From: Lepidodermella squamata
Lineage: Eukaryota; Animalia; Gastrotricha
Length of the DNA: 64,000 nt
Assembly: GCA_047495785.1 (NCBI GenBank)
Contig: JBLDXI010000023.1
Location: 1,415,937 to 1,479,936, forward strand
Reading direction: 5' to 3'
In this document: positions 13,401-25,583 of the stretch, piece after piece
Layout of the letters: every line of letters starts with the position of its first letter
Numbering within the stretch: position 1 is the first letter of the stretch
Notes under the pieces: model-generated
What the model saw: only the letters and a program-made list of their open reading frames with translations
Told to the model about the DNA's origin: nothing
Databases searched by the model: none
Made by a program: the position numbers and the translations under genes

Positions 13401-14361
13401 TTTAAAAAAATGACAGATTTTAGAAAATATATAAATCGAAAATACACTCACCTAAAGCGTTTGTCATCCCAAGATCATCGAGGTGAAGCATTATTCCGAT
13501 GCAAGTGTCAAAGCCACTCTGCTTTTGAATGTCTTGAAAAAATGGAGCGTGACAGAAGTCGGTCATTGCTCCATCGACTGGCGGTTTCACCGGGTTGAAA
13601 ATTTGCTGTTGAACAGCAGGCATTTTGAGAACAGCTTTCAGCGTGGGCAGAAAAGGTATGACGTAGCCTTTGTTTTTCGACGGGAATACAACCGGCACGG
13701 GCTTGATCAGTTGGCCGGTGTTGCTGAAATACCGCTCTCTGCTACGCTCGGTTTTCATCGGGCCGAGTAGTTGTGCCGCAGGGAAGTGGCCGTATCGACG
13801 AAGTTGATTCAATCGACCCGCGACGTATCGGTCGATTTCCGTCAACATGCTTCCGCTGATGCGCATGTCAAGGCAATCTGACACAACTTCATTAAAGTTT
13901 TCAGTATCGACATCTCGACGCTCGAGTTGATTTCGGGTGTATCGCACAGGTAGATTCGACGTAGGAACAAAGTTCGACGTGGGCACAACCAAGGGCGCGA
14001 GGTCATCTTCAGGTGAATCGGGCACGGAAATATCCGGAACGCCGACCGGAAACATCTGATCACCCTGAAGCGATTGCGGCAGAGGCGGCATAGGTAGAAC
14101 GACCGAGTCGATTTTTTGCAATTTAACCGGGGCATCGCAGTTGCTTACGTGGATTTTGAAGTCGTGCAAATAACTGATGCTTGATGTCTGATTGCAATCT
14201 CGGGGACAACGAAAATTCAGAGCCAGCCGAAACGAATCGGGATGCTGTTGCCGCAGATGACTTTCCAAAGTCGACATCACATGATGAGCAAATTTACAGC
14301 CTGAAACCGGGCAGATGAACTGGATAGAAAAGTCCGGGAGTCGTCTCTTACGACCCGCCAT
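10499..14361 (-). CDS. CMC/EnSpm-type transposase, 5 exons, 815 aa, N-terminal C2H2 zinc finger
   Basis: Exons 14361-13452, 12864-12508, 12291-12089, 12031-11571, 11015-10499 (2448 nt, GT-AG introns, open frame). Motifs LHLDD..TNALG, GDGKACHE..G, CxxC, DAFHVFLQGV, KHH..LH....FGP...WAMRWE; CPVSGC..HLRQQH finger. Confidence 0.85.
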
Positions 14362-14850
14362 TATAGTGAAAATTCTCTAGCATGCGAATATAAAAATTAA
14401 GCATTTAAATAAATTCACGAAATAATTGTGCTTAGAAAAAAATCAAGTATATGAAATTTTTTTTCAAAAAGTTGGGTATCTTAAGGTGGCTGTGGGAAGC
14501 TAAGGTGGTCCCTGAAGAAAAATTATAGGAACGCCTGTTATGCTTTTTTCAAAGCCCGAAATTTTCACAAAAATTATGTAAATTAAATTAAATAACGTCG
14601 TCTTGATAGCTTTGTTTGGCCGTATGAAAGCGGTAAAAAATCAGGCCGGCTTTCTATAGCAGCCGACGCCGTGAAAACGACAAATTGAAAAGTGAGAAAA
14701 TAACCGTAAATTATTAAAAAATGATATAAAACTTTACGTGCTTACATGCTTAAAAATTTTCCGAAATATCAACTTCAAAATTGTTATTAATAAAAATGAA
14801 CGACGGCAGCATTACCTACCCAACTTGATTATAGCAAAAGTAAACAGAAC

Positions 14851-15045
14851 ATTTTTACCAGCTTTTAGCGGAGCCGAATTTCGGTGAAAAATTAAAAATA
14901 TGCAATAATTTGAGACAACTCATCCGCGGCAGAGCGGCCGGGCGGGACAAGTTGCAACCGGATGATTCCGCTCAAAATGTAATTCGCTGCAATTTTCAAA
15001 TTTTTTACTGAAATTTGGTTCCGCTAAAAGCTGGTAAAAAAATTC
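14851..15045. repeat. Imperfect ~50-bp inverted repeat upstream of the transposase
   Basis: TTTTTACCAGCTTTTAGCGGAGCCGAATTTC (~14852) versus GAAATTTGGTTCCGCTAAAAGCTGGTAAAAA (~15010); followed by three copies of ATAAGGAGAG at ~15071-15104. Confidence 0.7.
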
Positions 15046-18000
15046 TGCAAAAAGCAAATTTGGTACCGCTATAAGGAGAGATATAAGGAGAGATATAAGG
15101 AGAGAATAGAGCCAAATGTGTCTCTCTTACCAGCAAAATCATGCGGGCGAAAAATAATCTGAGCTAAAACATGTAAATACAACCGAGCTAAAAAAAATTT
15201 CCAGTTGGATTTCGGGAACGAAACTGCAACCCTGAAATTTGAAGCAGTATACCTTAAAAGCTATTAAGAAAATTTTGGCGAAATTGAAACGTGATAAAAT
15301 TCAGATGTTTGTCAAAGAATTAATTAAAAATCCTGATTTTCAAGAAAGAAATCAGAAGCACGTAACAACGGCGCAGGCCGAATAACGCGAAAACCTAGAA
15401 ATAAACATGGTGAAATAATAATGATATGCATTGATGAGCATGCAATCTGGGGATACACAGCCGAGGGGAGAGCAATAACGTTTCAGGTCATAATGTCTAA
15501 TAATGTAATGAAAACACCGGTCAGGTAGTTCGGCGTTAAATTAGGCATTGCAGCCAGCAACCGGAGGGCAGCAGTTCAGCTCCGCCCATCCGCCGGCTGC
15601 AAGGCAGAACAAGGTGTCCACATTTTGGCGCCAATATTTTGAATTCGAATTTGGCGCCTAGATTTTACGATAAAACGACGCGCGCATTGGGCTGGGCGCG
15701 CCGAACCACAACTTCACGCCTCCGCAGTTTTTCACGCCGCGCACGTGGCAACAACTTCACGCTGCGTGTGACTCGCGCGACCCGAGCGACGTGTACACTC
15801 TCATTAAATGTCAATTACTTGCCGTGAAGTACTGATCCAGGTTTTGCAGGTCAACACCGTCAGCCACCTGTTAAATTAACAGCGGCCGCTTTGCGGCTCG
15901 TTAAAAGACCGGCGGCTAACACGCCCTGCAATCAAGACTTTTCATCTCTCCGTTGCAAACAGGTATTGCAGGTGTTGCCCTTTTCCTATTATTGTAGTCT
16001 GTTTTTATTTCCGGCCGCAGTGATAAAGGCTGGTGAAATGATGTGATAAAAAGTGATGAAAAAAATGGGTACAGGTTGAGTGGCGCATTAGGAATACCGC
16101 GCATCAAATCAAATTTGCCAGCGCCTCAGTTTGTTGCATCATAAAGGACGAGCCGCCGCGCGCGCACAAAGGCGCCGCTTTTAGCCGCGCGTCAGTTACA
16201 AAGGCTGTGCGCTGCCAGCATTTGAAATTTTGAACTTGTCGAGCGTTCATGTTTTATTCACTATTTTCATCGTGTTTGAATCTCGTTACCATCAGCTCTA
16301 ACCAGATTAATTTACAAATTAATATCTCTGATATCATCATCATCATCATCGCCATCATCGGACGGTTGGTTATTTTATTGCCCTATTTTATTTTATTGCC
16401 TCGTATTCGGCTTGTTTAATACAGGAAAAATAACACAGCGACAAGGTTAGCCATCATTAATTCAAAACGTGTATTACAACAATTTTCATTATTCGTTTAT
16501 CACTTCATGCACCGCTAATACTTGATACACCTATTTGCACTGTTTCGTCACTTATCTATCACTTTATATCTATTGCTTTATTGCACGTTTTCGCAAGGCG
16601 GCAACAGCGCGGATTAAAGCCGCGCCGCGCTTTTGAAGTTTATTGTGCTGTTATATGCGGCGCGACCGTCTCATTATGTTAAAATTGATGGCATTTGAGA
16701 TGTTTCCTGATAGCTTTTATCGAAAAACAATTCAATTATTACTGAAAATTCAGCGTTGCTCAATCATCGTTGAATTTGATTTAATTTGAATTAATGGGGA
16801 AAATGACAAAATTACCAAAATTCAGAAAAATTTAGGAAAACACTTTTGCATACCGAATGTTCGCCCTAGATTTTGCGTTATAGTAAATTTTAGCAAATAA
16901 ATACTACCTAATAAGTCGCGGCGCGCCTACCTAATAAGTCGCGCGCGCGCGCGCTTGTAAAACTAAGTAATTTAGACGCGCGCAAAAATATAGGCCGAAT
17001 AGCGCACGTTATTATCATCACTTCCACGCAATAAATCCTGAATTTATTTATTCTCCGGCGTTTCATTTCCAAACAGCAATGTTTTATTTCTTTTTATCAC
17101 TTTCTATGACTGTTTTCTGTTTCTCTCATCAGAGGAAAATAAGATAAGTTTTGATGAAGTCATCGCTCATCTTCAATTACCAGCGCCAGGTCGACAGGCG
17201 CGTGCGGCCGCACGAACGATTAATAGAGGAACGCCGCGCTAAAACCTTCCTGTTGAAAAAACATAAATGATGAAAATGATGATAATGATGAAAAAGTGGG
17301 AAAGCGAGAGATAATGATGATATAAATTACGTCAGCGATAATAATGACCTCGAATAATTAATGCGTAAAACGAATGATAATTAGACCCACATTTTCTGCG
17401 TAAAATTTGCCGAGTTTACTCGTAAAATTGAAACTAATTTTACGCTTAAAATATTAATCTTATACGCGTAAAGCTTGAACGATTTACGCTTAAACATTTT
17501 CGCGCAATTTTACGGGTAAAATCACGCACCTACGATTTTAAGCGTAAAAGCAAGACAATTTAGGGGTAAAATATTCGAAATACGCTTACGCTTAAAATTA
17601 TGCGCATTTACGCCTAAAAAGCCTCTCAGTGTAGAGTCCTATCAGAATGGCTCGTAGGACACCTTGCTAAAATGAATGAAATTTGGTTTGGAATGGGTAA
17701 AAATTGTTGAGCTACAAATTGATTGCTTGTTTATATTGGTTTTTGATGGCTACCGAGCTCGAAATAGATGAAATCCCGGATAAAATTCAAACTAAAAGCG
17801 AGCCAAGCGAGAACATTTTTAGAATTCGACACTGAAAAACGACGTATAACATCTTAAAATTGAGGCTATGCCTTGGGGTTTTCCCAGAAATTCACTCATC
17901 ATTTGTCATAATCATGAATATCTATCATAATCATTTATTTAATCACGTCGTAAGGTGCAATCTGTAACGTCCTTAAAATAACAAGGGATATGGGTCAGTT

Positions 18001-18094
18001 TAAAAAATTGATTCTATCATTTATCGTCTCAGAGATTCAGTCAAACCACGCGGAAAGTACCGGTTCCCGTCCGATCGGAGGTTTTCATAAACTA

Positions 18095-18965
18095 CAGGGT
18101 GACTTTTTTATAGTGGCAATAATCCATGTTAGCGTCTAGTACTGAATCATCTTTGTATGGCGAGTACTTGCATGTCGATTTCTCCAAACTTAACGAACTC
18201 GTGCTAGCAATAAAATTTTATGAATGGCCTGGTATTACGCGATAATTATCAGATAGAGTTTGAAGAGTTTGGAGAAATCGACTTTAGTGCAGTGCAAGTA
18301 CTCGCAATACTAGACAGTACTAGTCCCGATTAATGCTAATGTTGGGACCCGAGTCCGAATTCTGCCCGTACGCGTTCGGGCCGGCCCGTACGCAGACGGG
18401 TAACATTGATTTGCCACTCCGCGTTCGGGCCGCTTTGAAACATGCCCGTATGCGACGTTTACTGTAAATTTAACAAATTCGATGAAATCACGCTTCACCG
18501 CACACGGGCCGGCCAAGGTGTTGGCCCAAGCACGGCGGAGAACAATGGGACCCAGCGCTATTGTTCAGCGCCGCACTCGGGCCGCCGGGCTCGGCCCTCT
18601 GGAATCAATCGCCGGGCTTGGGCCACCGGGCTCGGGTCATCCTACAACCAAAGCCCTACCCGGTAACTGTATCAAGTCCCGGCCCAAACCCGACGGCCCT
18701 AGTACGGCGCGCGCGAATGCCTAATAATAGCGCTGGATCCCATTGTTCTCCGCCGTGCTCGGGCCAACACCTTGGCCGGCCCGTGTGCGGTGAAGCGTTA
18801 TTTCATCGAATTTGTTAAATTTACAGTTAACGTCGCGGCCGGAGCGCGGAGTGGAAAATTGCTATTACCCGGTCGCACACGGGCCGTCCCGAACGCGTAC
18901 GGGCCGAAATCGGGCTCGGGCCCCAACACTAACAAAGATTATTTCCACTAAAAAAAGTCACCCTG
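18095..18965. mobile_element. Tc1/mariner-like MITE with nested palindromic elements
   Basis: TA-CAGGGTGACTTTTTT...AAAAAAAGTCACCCTG-TA; contains a ~590-bp near-perfect palindrome (18337-18931) and a smaller one (~18160-18305). Mirror at 60202-61072. Confidence 0.8.
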
Positions 18966-19342
18966 TATTTCATAAATAGGCAACTCGCGAGCGTAGCGAG
19001 CTTTAGCTGACGGTTTTTTTCCCGATTTTGAGTCTGAAAATGGTCCAAAAATGGCTTGTGGATCTACCTATTTTTGTCCTTCTGTCATTTTGAGGCCCAT
19101 AGGACACCAGTGTCCTACAGGACACTTGAAAGTTGGCTTAGTACACGAGTGTCCTATAGGACACGGTTTGGGAAACGCTGGCAGAGGGAAACATGAGTAT
19201 TATGGTAAATTTCTGGGTATTCTTTCAAATTTCATGCTTGGTTTTGGCAGAATGAGTATGCAAGGGCATGAATAGCTCCAGGCTTTGGAAAACAGTTGTT
19301 TTCAAGGCAAATATGAGTTCTCATGTTTAGTAACTGGGGGAA

Positions 19343-19875
19343 TTTTTTGCATTAACTTTTTCGCGCGAGAACACCATTATCAATCGAAAGAGAATTGTCT
19401 GAATTATTTTTTAGTATAAAAACCGACGCGATGTTTGAAAGTATTCCTTTAGCATCATCGCGCGCGGTCTTGAAGTTGATAAAAATTTAGACTCCGAGTG
19501 CGAATGCCGCGCGCTAGCTAAGCTCTGATTTTTAACCTTTCCGAGACCGCGCGCAATGGGCAGACCGCCATAACAGCGAATACCCGAAACAGCGAACACG
19601 ACAAAACAGCGAAAAATCTAATTTGCGACATAACAGCGATTTTAATATAGGACATTACACAGCATTTTGGGGAGGATTTTTCGCTGTTTCGTCGCTTTCG
19701 CTGTTATGTCGGTTTCGCTGTTCTGCGCTTTCGCTGTTTTGACGTCCTACCCGCGCAATGATGTTAAAGGATTACTTTCAAATATCGCGTCGGTTTTAAT
19801 ACCAAAAAAATAATTCAGACGATTCTCTTTCGATTAAATATGGTGTTCTCGCGTGAAAAAGTTAATGCAAAAAAG
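19343..19875. mobile_element. Foldback-type element with a nested ACAGCGAA-repeat MITE (19559-19751)
   Basis: Arms TTTTTTGCATTAACTTTTT...GAGAACACCAT inverted at 19838-19875; inner element has GG..CC termini flanked by CGCGCAATG on both sides. Mirror at 59292-59824. Confidence 0.7.
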
Positions 19876-20308
19876 TTTTACGCGCACTCCAAATTTCTGG
19901 TAATGAGTGCGCGCAAAACTCAAAATGTACGTAATACTTTTTTGTCATGAATTGTTTACGTGAGATATCTATATCTATCTAACTTTCGTAAAAATTTAGA
20001 CTTAGCGTTCGCGCTTAAGTCCACTTTTACCCTCTGATTGCGCAATCATTGTTGGCGTCGTGGACGGGGTCCGGAATTGAGCTGAGTTTTGTGGCATTAG
20101 CGCGCGCGCACCTGAAACACTACGCGCACACTGACCAATAGGCGCGCGCGCGCATTATTAGGCATTATTAGGTGCGCACGTTGGCCAATGAGCAGGCGCG
20201 CACATTATAGAGATCGGTTTCTATTTTGCCATTTTGACGCGGCCAATTTGACGCAGTCAAAAAGTCTGAGTTTTCTGCTCATCTACACTTTATTGTATCT
20301 ATTGATAC

Positions 20309-20523
20309 CAGTGTGCGATCCCCGAGCTGCCTGGGATGAAATTTTTTTTTTTGCTGTATTTGCCAAAATGACTAGTTATTTCGGCGAATAACCGATTTTT
20401 TACTAAAACACGCTCCGGAACCTTCAAAAATTAACAAAACAGTGGGATAATTTCTCGTTTTGTCGTCTGGCCCGGCCGAGCTGGGGGGATGATCCCCCCA
20501 TCCCCCCTGGAAGTCGCACACTG
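20309..20523. mobile_element. hAT-like MITE
   Basis: TIR CAGTGTGCGA; TSD ATTGATAC / ATTGATAT (7/8). Mirror at 58644-58858. Confidence 0.75.
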
Positions 20524-20670
20524 ATTGATATCAAAAACAAAAATACCGGCCCAATGGAAGGCTGAAAATATATTGCATTTAATTGCGTCCAATCAGATGT
20601 CGCGAATTCAAATTTCAGCCGTTGAGGACCTTCTTCGTTTAGAATTATAGATTAAGGTTAATCCTTCGTA

Positions 20671-22042
20671 GGATCTCAGCCTGCTCGCTGACAACCAGTA
20701 CGCGTTCCGTGCTCACCGATCCGCTCCGGACGTACCGCTGCGAGTCGCGCACCGCGTCCACCTCGGCCGGTCGCGTAACCGTAAGGTCGTCGTCGTCGGC
20801 CTTGACGTACAAGCGGCGTACGATTCCGTGTGGAGTGTCGGCCTTGCCTTCAAACTCGCCGAACTGCCTCTACCTCGAAACCTGGCCGCCTGGCTGACCG
20901 ATTTCCTGCGAGACCGGAAGCTTCAAGCGCGCGTCGCCGGCTTCCTCAGCCAGCAGCGGACTGTGAACTGCGGGGTACCGCAAGGCTCGCTCCTGTCGCC
21001 CCTACTGTACATCATGTACACTGCTGACCTTCTAACTGCGCCGACTGCCCCCGGCTGTTCCCTAGACGCCTATGCTGACGATCTCACAGTCGTCGGCGAG
21101 GGTGGAATTTCCAGGAGGCCGAACGCTGCACCCAGGCAGAGATCGATCGCAGTGGGCCCGCGAGTGGCGCCAGAAGTTTAATGCGTCGAAAAGCGAAGCA
21201 ATGCCGTTTGCCTGGCGCTCGTACCAGACCCGTCTGCACCTCGACGGCTCGACGATCCCTCAAGTTGCCGTGATTCGTGTCCTCGGCGTGCACCTTGACG
21301 CCAAGCTGACTTGGAAGTCGCACGTCGACCAGGTCATCAACCGCTGCACCCGGAACCTGTCCCACTTTCGCCGTATTGCCTGCACCCCTGGCCTCTCTCG
21401 CCGATGGCGTCGCACCGCCTACCTCAGCCTTGTCCGCTCCGCCGCCACTTACGGCAACGTCGTGTTTTGTACCGCGCCCAAGAGGCAGCTGAAGCGGCTT
21501 GATGTGTTGCAGAACGACTGTCTGCGCAGCCTGCTAAACATCCGCCGCGATGACCGGGTCCGTGTCTCGGAGCTGGAACGCCGCTGTGGCGTGAAGAGCC
21601 TTCCTGCCTTTTTCGAACAGACCCAGCGCCGTTATGCTGCGAATGCAGTCCGGTTCGTCCTCCCTCTTAGAGAAGAAGTTGAGCGACTCCGCCTCTCCGC
21701 GAACCCGGTGCCCCGTTCCCCGCTGGCCTCGATCGCCAGCAGGCTTCCTCGGGGTCCTTTGCCCACTTTCGATGTCTGATCTTGCCGCCTCTCCCTCTCC
21801 CTCTATCCTTTGCTTTCTCTTCTCTCTACCCTTCTTCTCCCTCCCATTCTCCCTCGCTGTGTTTACGTGTCTGTCTGCCTTCGATAAATCATCCATCATC
21901 CCGCCCACTTGCGTCCACAGCGCACTGCCGCCGGCAAGCGCATGTAATCTCGCGACCCCGCGTCGTTGATATCTCTCAATTATTTCGTCTCCCCTGTTTA
22001 TATGATGTCAACGAACAATAAATATTTGAATTTAGAATTTAG
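20671..22042 (+). mobile_element. 5'-truncated LINE family-1 copy (RT C-terminal half + 3'UTR)
   Basis: GVPQGS, YADD; pyrimidine-rich 3'UTR; ends AATAAATATTTGAATTTAGAATTTAG. Confidence 0.92.
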
Positions 22043-22251
22043 TAGCATGATGAGTTGGCATCGCTCAAAATTCAAAGCTTCAGACAAGCAGTATTATTGA
22101 TTATTTCCGGTAATGTTTGCAAAGAATTTGTAGTTTAATGAATGTTTCTGTTGATGTAGTACTTACGAATCGTTGCAGATCGGTCGAATTATACTCATTG
22201 AATGCCTCGAAGAATCTCACTGTAGGTTGGCATGTCTATTCTCCATGTTGA

Positions 22252-22490
22252 GCAGAATTGGCGACATAACGGCATTTCCAGCTCCGACACGCGGACCCGG
22301 TTGTCCCGACGAACGTTGAGCTTTGCTCGCAGGCAATCATTTTGGATGACAGCGAGTCGATTAATCTATTGCAGTCCGGGACAGTCCCATAAAGACAGCG
22401 CGAACGGACAAGGGTCAAGTAAAGAGTGTGGCGCCAGCCCGCCAGCGGCGCGACAGCCCAGGGGTGAACACGAGATGTTTGAAAAAACAT
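22252..22490 (-). mobile_element. Decayed LINE family-2 fragment
   Basis: Reverse complement resembles 41925-42215 (WRHTLYLTLVRS). Mirror at 56677-56915. Confidence 0.7.
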
Positions 22491-23151
22491 AACTCCGCTC
22501 TTCGCGGGATTAAACTACCGGCGCAACTACTTAAGGCATCCGGTAATGAGGGTTAGCTGCAATGTTTCAATGTTCTTAATATATCACAATGATGTTCGCA
22601 TGTGTGTGAGAGGATCGCTATGTTCCCTGTCCCAATTATTAGTTCATTAGTCCACTCTTATTATTCTAGCTAGCGCTCGTGACAGTAATATCACGTGACG
22701 CACTTCATTACAACTCATCTAATTTGGCGTCCTCTTGGCTATATAAGCCCTAAATAATGACAATAAAGTTATCAGTTGATCTGCTTTACTGATTATTCAG
22801 TCTAATTGCTGTTATTAATTTACCCCCGAACCAGGTCAGGGATATCAACCCTTCAGTGTGTGAATGCAAATTGTTGGCTCCGCTTCTCTGCACGGTCGCA
22901 GTCCCATTGCACATCACTCGCTTTAATCCAATTGATTGTTAATACTTATCGCTTATCGCTTGTAATTTCTACACTTTATTACTTGATTACTTTATTCAGA
23001 ATTTTTTGATGAAATATCCCTCCGAACGAAGCAGATCAGATGTTTACGCAAAGCTGAAAAAGCAACAGCCGGTTAGTTTCATGATGCTTTTGTGTTGCTT
23101 ATTGAAATATCTAGGCATTCTTAAAAGCAATTACTAATTTTGGTTGGCATC

Positions 23152-24483
23152 ATGTCGCCAACGCAATTTAACGCCGATCAAGTCTATTATTTGATGAAGG
23201 TAACGTAATAACAACGTTTTTTGAGCAGCTCTTTTTATTGTAAATGACTATTATTCTCCACTTGCTCAGTGCCTTGAGTTGATTCGAAAGCGCAACCTTA
23301 CAGAGGATATTGCTGAGTTAATAGCGAAAAAGATCGGCACAACGGTTGTTGAAGTGCAAAAATGGTTTTGCACAAGAAGAAAGAGAAGAGTTACAGAGAA
23401 AACTAAGAAAACTTGGCGTCTTGAAGATATTCTGGGGAAAGAAAAAAGCAAATTGTTGACGTTGGAAGTGAAACGTGATCCCAAGTTGTTCAAGGCGAGA
23501 AAGCAGCTGCTAGCTCGAAAATTTGACCTTACCGAGCGTCAAGTTGAAAGATTCTTCATCGGTCATCGCGTTCAACGAAAGACATATGTTCGTTTCAAGC
23601 TAACTTCTCAGCAAAATGAAATATTCGAGAAGGTATAACTGAGAAGCAATATTTGCTTAAGATTATGACTGACTGTTATAGGAGTTCAAACAGAATCCTG
23701 CCGCGTCGCTGCAAAGATTTAGAGAAGTGGCCAAAGCCGTGGGCGTAACATGTTATCAGGCTAGGCGTCTTGTTGGAGAACGAAGAGCTCAATTGGGAAT
23801 CCGCGGTAGAACAGGGACATTGGAATTTGTTGGATTCACGGATTTTCAACTGGCTGAACTACAGGAAGCATTCCAAGCAACAGTGGTTAGGGGCGACAGG
23901 TTTGACGATGCTCTCTATCGAAGTTTGGCCGAGAAAACAGGATTGAAAACGACCGTAGTGCGGAATTGGCTCTATAACCAGCGTAAATCAGCTGGCCTCG
24001 GAAAGAAAAGAGAAACTCTTGATCATACTAGTGTCTGCTCTCTAAATGCTGTGAGTTGCACCCTTGATCTTAAAGTTACAATTATCCAACATGATTGTTT
24101 CTCAGGAGTTCGCTAAATCGAGCCGTATGGAAGGAGACAGTATGCAAGCTATTGCGAAAAAGTTGGGATTAACTTTCAGACAGGTTAGATGCTTTTTCGC
24201 TACGAAGCGGAAACGATTGAGTGCTGCGATAAAAAATAATCAATCCCTTCGTACACTGAAACGTAACCAGCGAAATGCCTTGACGAAGGTGTGATGAAGC
24301 TTACAATTCCAGTCTATACAGTTCTCAGTTTTTTTTGTTCAGGAATTCAATGAGAATCCAAATCTACAGGAAACTGGAATAACTCGTCTTGCTGAAAGAC
24401 TGGAAATTCCATTTGATATTGTGAGACGTTTCCTCGACATCCACCGTCGTGTTAAAGCCAGATGTCCTTGTAAAATCGAGTGA
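23152..24483 (+). CDS. Copy E: multi-homeodomain gene truncated after the sixth homeodomain
   Basis: Exons 1-4 open with GT-AG introns; exon 5 reads EFNENPNL...RRFLDIHRRVKARCPCKIE then TGA at 24481-24483; exon 6 missing, exon 7 decayed. Confidence 0.65.
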
Positions 24484-24893
24484 CCTGGCAGCAGCGGATT
24501 CTTTCTAGAAAAGGTAAATGACTTGACAAGTTTGAAGGTTTCCTGTTTCCTGTTTAAAGGAATTGCTTTGTTTCATTCGAAATGCTTTTTTGAAAAAAAG
24601 AAATAGAAGAAAGCAGCAATCGGTTCATGAACATCATTCTGTCTCCTGGTAAACTGTTTAAACTGTTCCGAGTTAACAGAAAATTGAAAAGAATGCAGAT
24701 ACCTCCTCGGTTGATTTTCATTGAAAAAATCAGGATCAGTGTAAAAAAAATGACTCAGTTGTCTCTGATTTGTCATCCCCTTGTGCAAATGCGAATACGA
24801 ATGATTAACAGGAAGTTACGGTTATCTGTAGGTGAATTTATTATCTGTTATCTGTACTAGTACATTTTGAATGATCAATTTATGTTCGACAAA

Positions 24894-25362
24894 ATGTTGC
24901 CCACCCAGCTTAAAGCCAGTCAGCGCTCTTACTTGTCAAAGGTAATGCCAGGAAAAATTATTTGTAATTATCTGTTATTCACTATTTCAACTCTTACGCA
25001 GTTGAGAAAACTTTCAATGTCACGCGACATGCGTAGCCTGCTCGAAAGGAAACGGATTCTTGAACGTGGGCTCGGAAATCGAGTTGATAGGATCAACGCT
25101 TTGCACGCCCAGTTCCGCGCTGCGAAAGCGGCTCAGAAGTTAAGGCGGGATGTTTCCAACCTGCGACATGTTGAAGCTCTGTCGTTCCAGCACCGCTACC
25201 GTGAGGCTTATGCCCGTCTCCGTCGTCTCGATAAGTTTCGCCCTACCCCTGTTGATCGCCTGACCTACATGAAGCTCGATGATGGAAGTGTCCTGCTGCC
25301 GTCTACTGCCCTTGCTGATGCACTGCTTTATCATTTCGTCAAACCGATGTCGCCATACGTAG
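24894..25362 (+). pseudogene. Copy F: exon 1 remnant followed by a divergent LINE ORF2 linker fragment (~25000-25362)
   Basis: MLPTQLKASQRSYLSK|GT then MSRDMRSLLERKRILERGLGN...HRYREA...FVKPMSPY, homologous to but distinct from family-1 ORF2. Mirror at 53805-54273. Confidence 0.75.
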
Positions 25363-25583
25363 GAATCAAAGGTAGAACAATTGGTAGAACAATTGAGGAA
25401 CTGGTGGCATTTATTGTTGGGTAAGGTAATAAGGAAAAATTGTGTTGTCTCTGATTTGTGGCCCTTACGAATGACCTTAAAAATGCGAATTCCATATGAA
25501 CGATTAACAAAACGTTTTGGTTTTGTTATATGTAGGTGAATTTTTCATCTGTACACTTTGAGTAATCAATTCTGTTGGACAAC

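Larger units (their letters stand above)
7983..17631 (-). mobile_element. CMC/EnSpm (CACTA-type) DNA transposon, 9649 bp, apparently full length
   Basis: Termini CACTCACAGGC / GCCTCTCAGTG, TA duplicated at 7981-7982 and 17632-17633, many TTTACGC(T/G)TAA subterminal repeats at both ends, encodes a transposase. Confidence 0.85.
7945..19180. mobile_element. Non-autonomous hAT (Charlie-like) element containing nested insertions
   Basis: Termini CAGTGGTTCCCAAAC / GTTTGGGAAACGCTG; 8-bp TSD GCATAGGG / GCAGAGGG (7/8); TAGGACAC subterminal motifs at both ends. Confidence 0.75.
7787..19341. mobile_element. Split copy of the (GATTT)n hAT-like MITE (7787-7936 and 19189-19341) hosting an 11-kb nested insertion
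   Basis: Starts CAGTGACTTTGATTTG; 19189-19341 resembles the reverse complement of ~2875-3030, the interior of the intact MITE. Confidence 0.65.

Noticed and set aside
18310-18818. Cluster of short ORFs
   Set aside because: By-products of a GC-rich palindromic MITE.
19559-19751. CRISPR-like or satellite array
   Set aside because: Short irregular repeats without unique spacers, arranged as inverted arms; eukaryotic context, no cas genes.
22026-22042. GAATTTA tails as telomeric repeats of a telomere-specific retroelement
   Set aside because: Only 1-2.5 units, copies are dispersed in both orientations and interstitial; no head-to-tail array.
22540-22852. Possible solo LTR (TATATAAG, AATAAA, LTR-like length)
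   Set aside because: No clear TG...CA termini, TSD or internal domain; cannot be supported.
24867-25424. Homeobox-LINE fusion protein (185-aa ORF)
   Set aside because: The ORF reads through intron 1 of a remnant into a LINE fragment; chance in-frame junction with no evidence of function.
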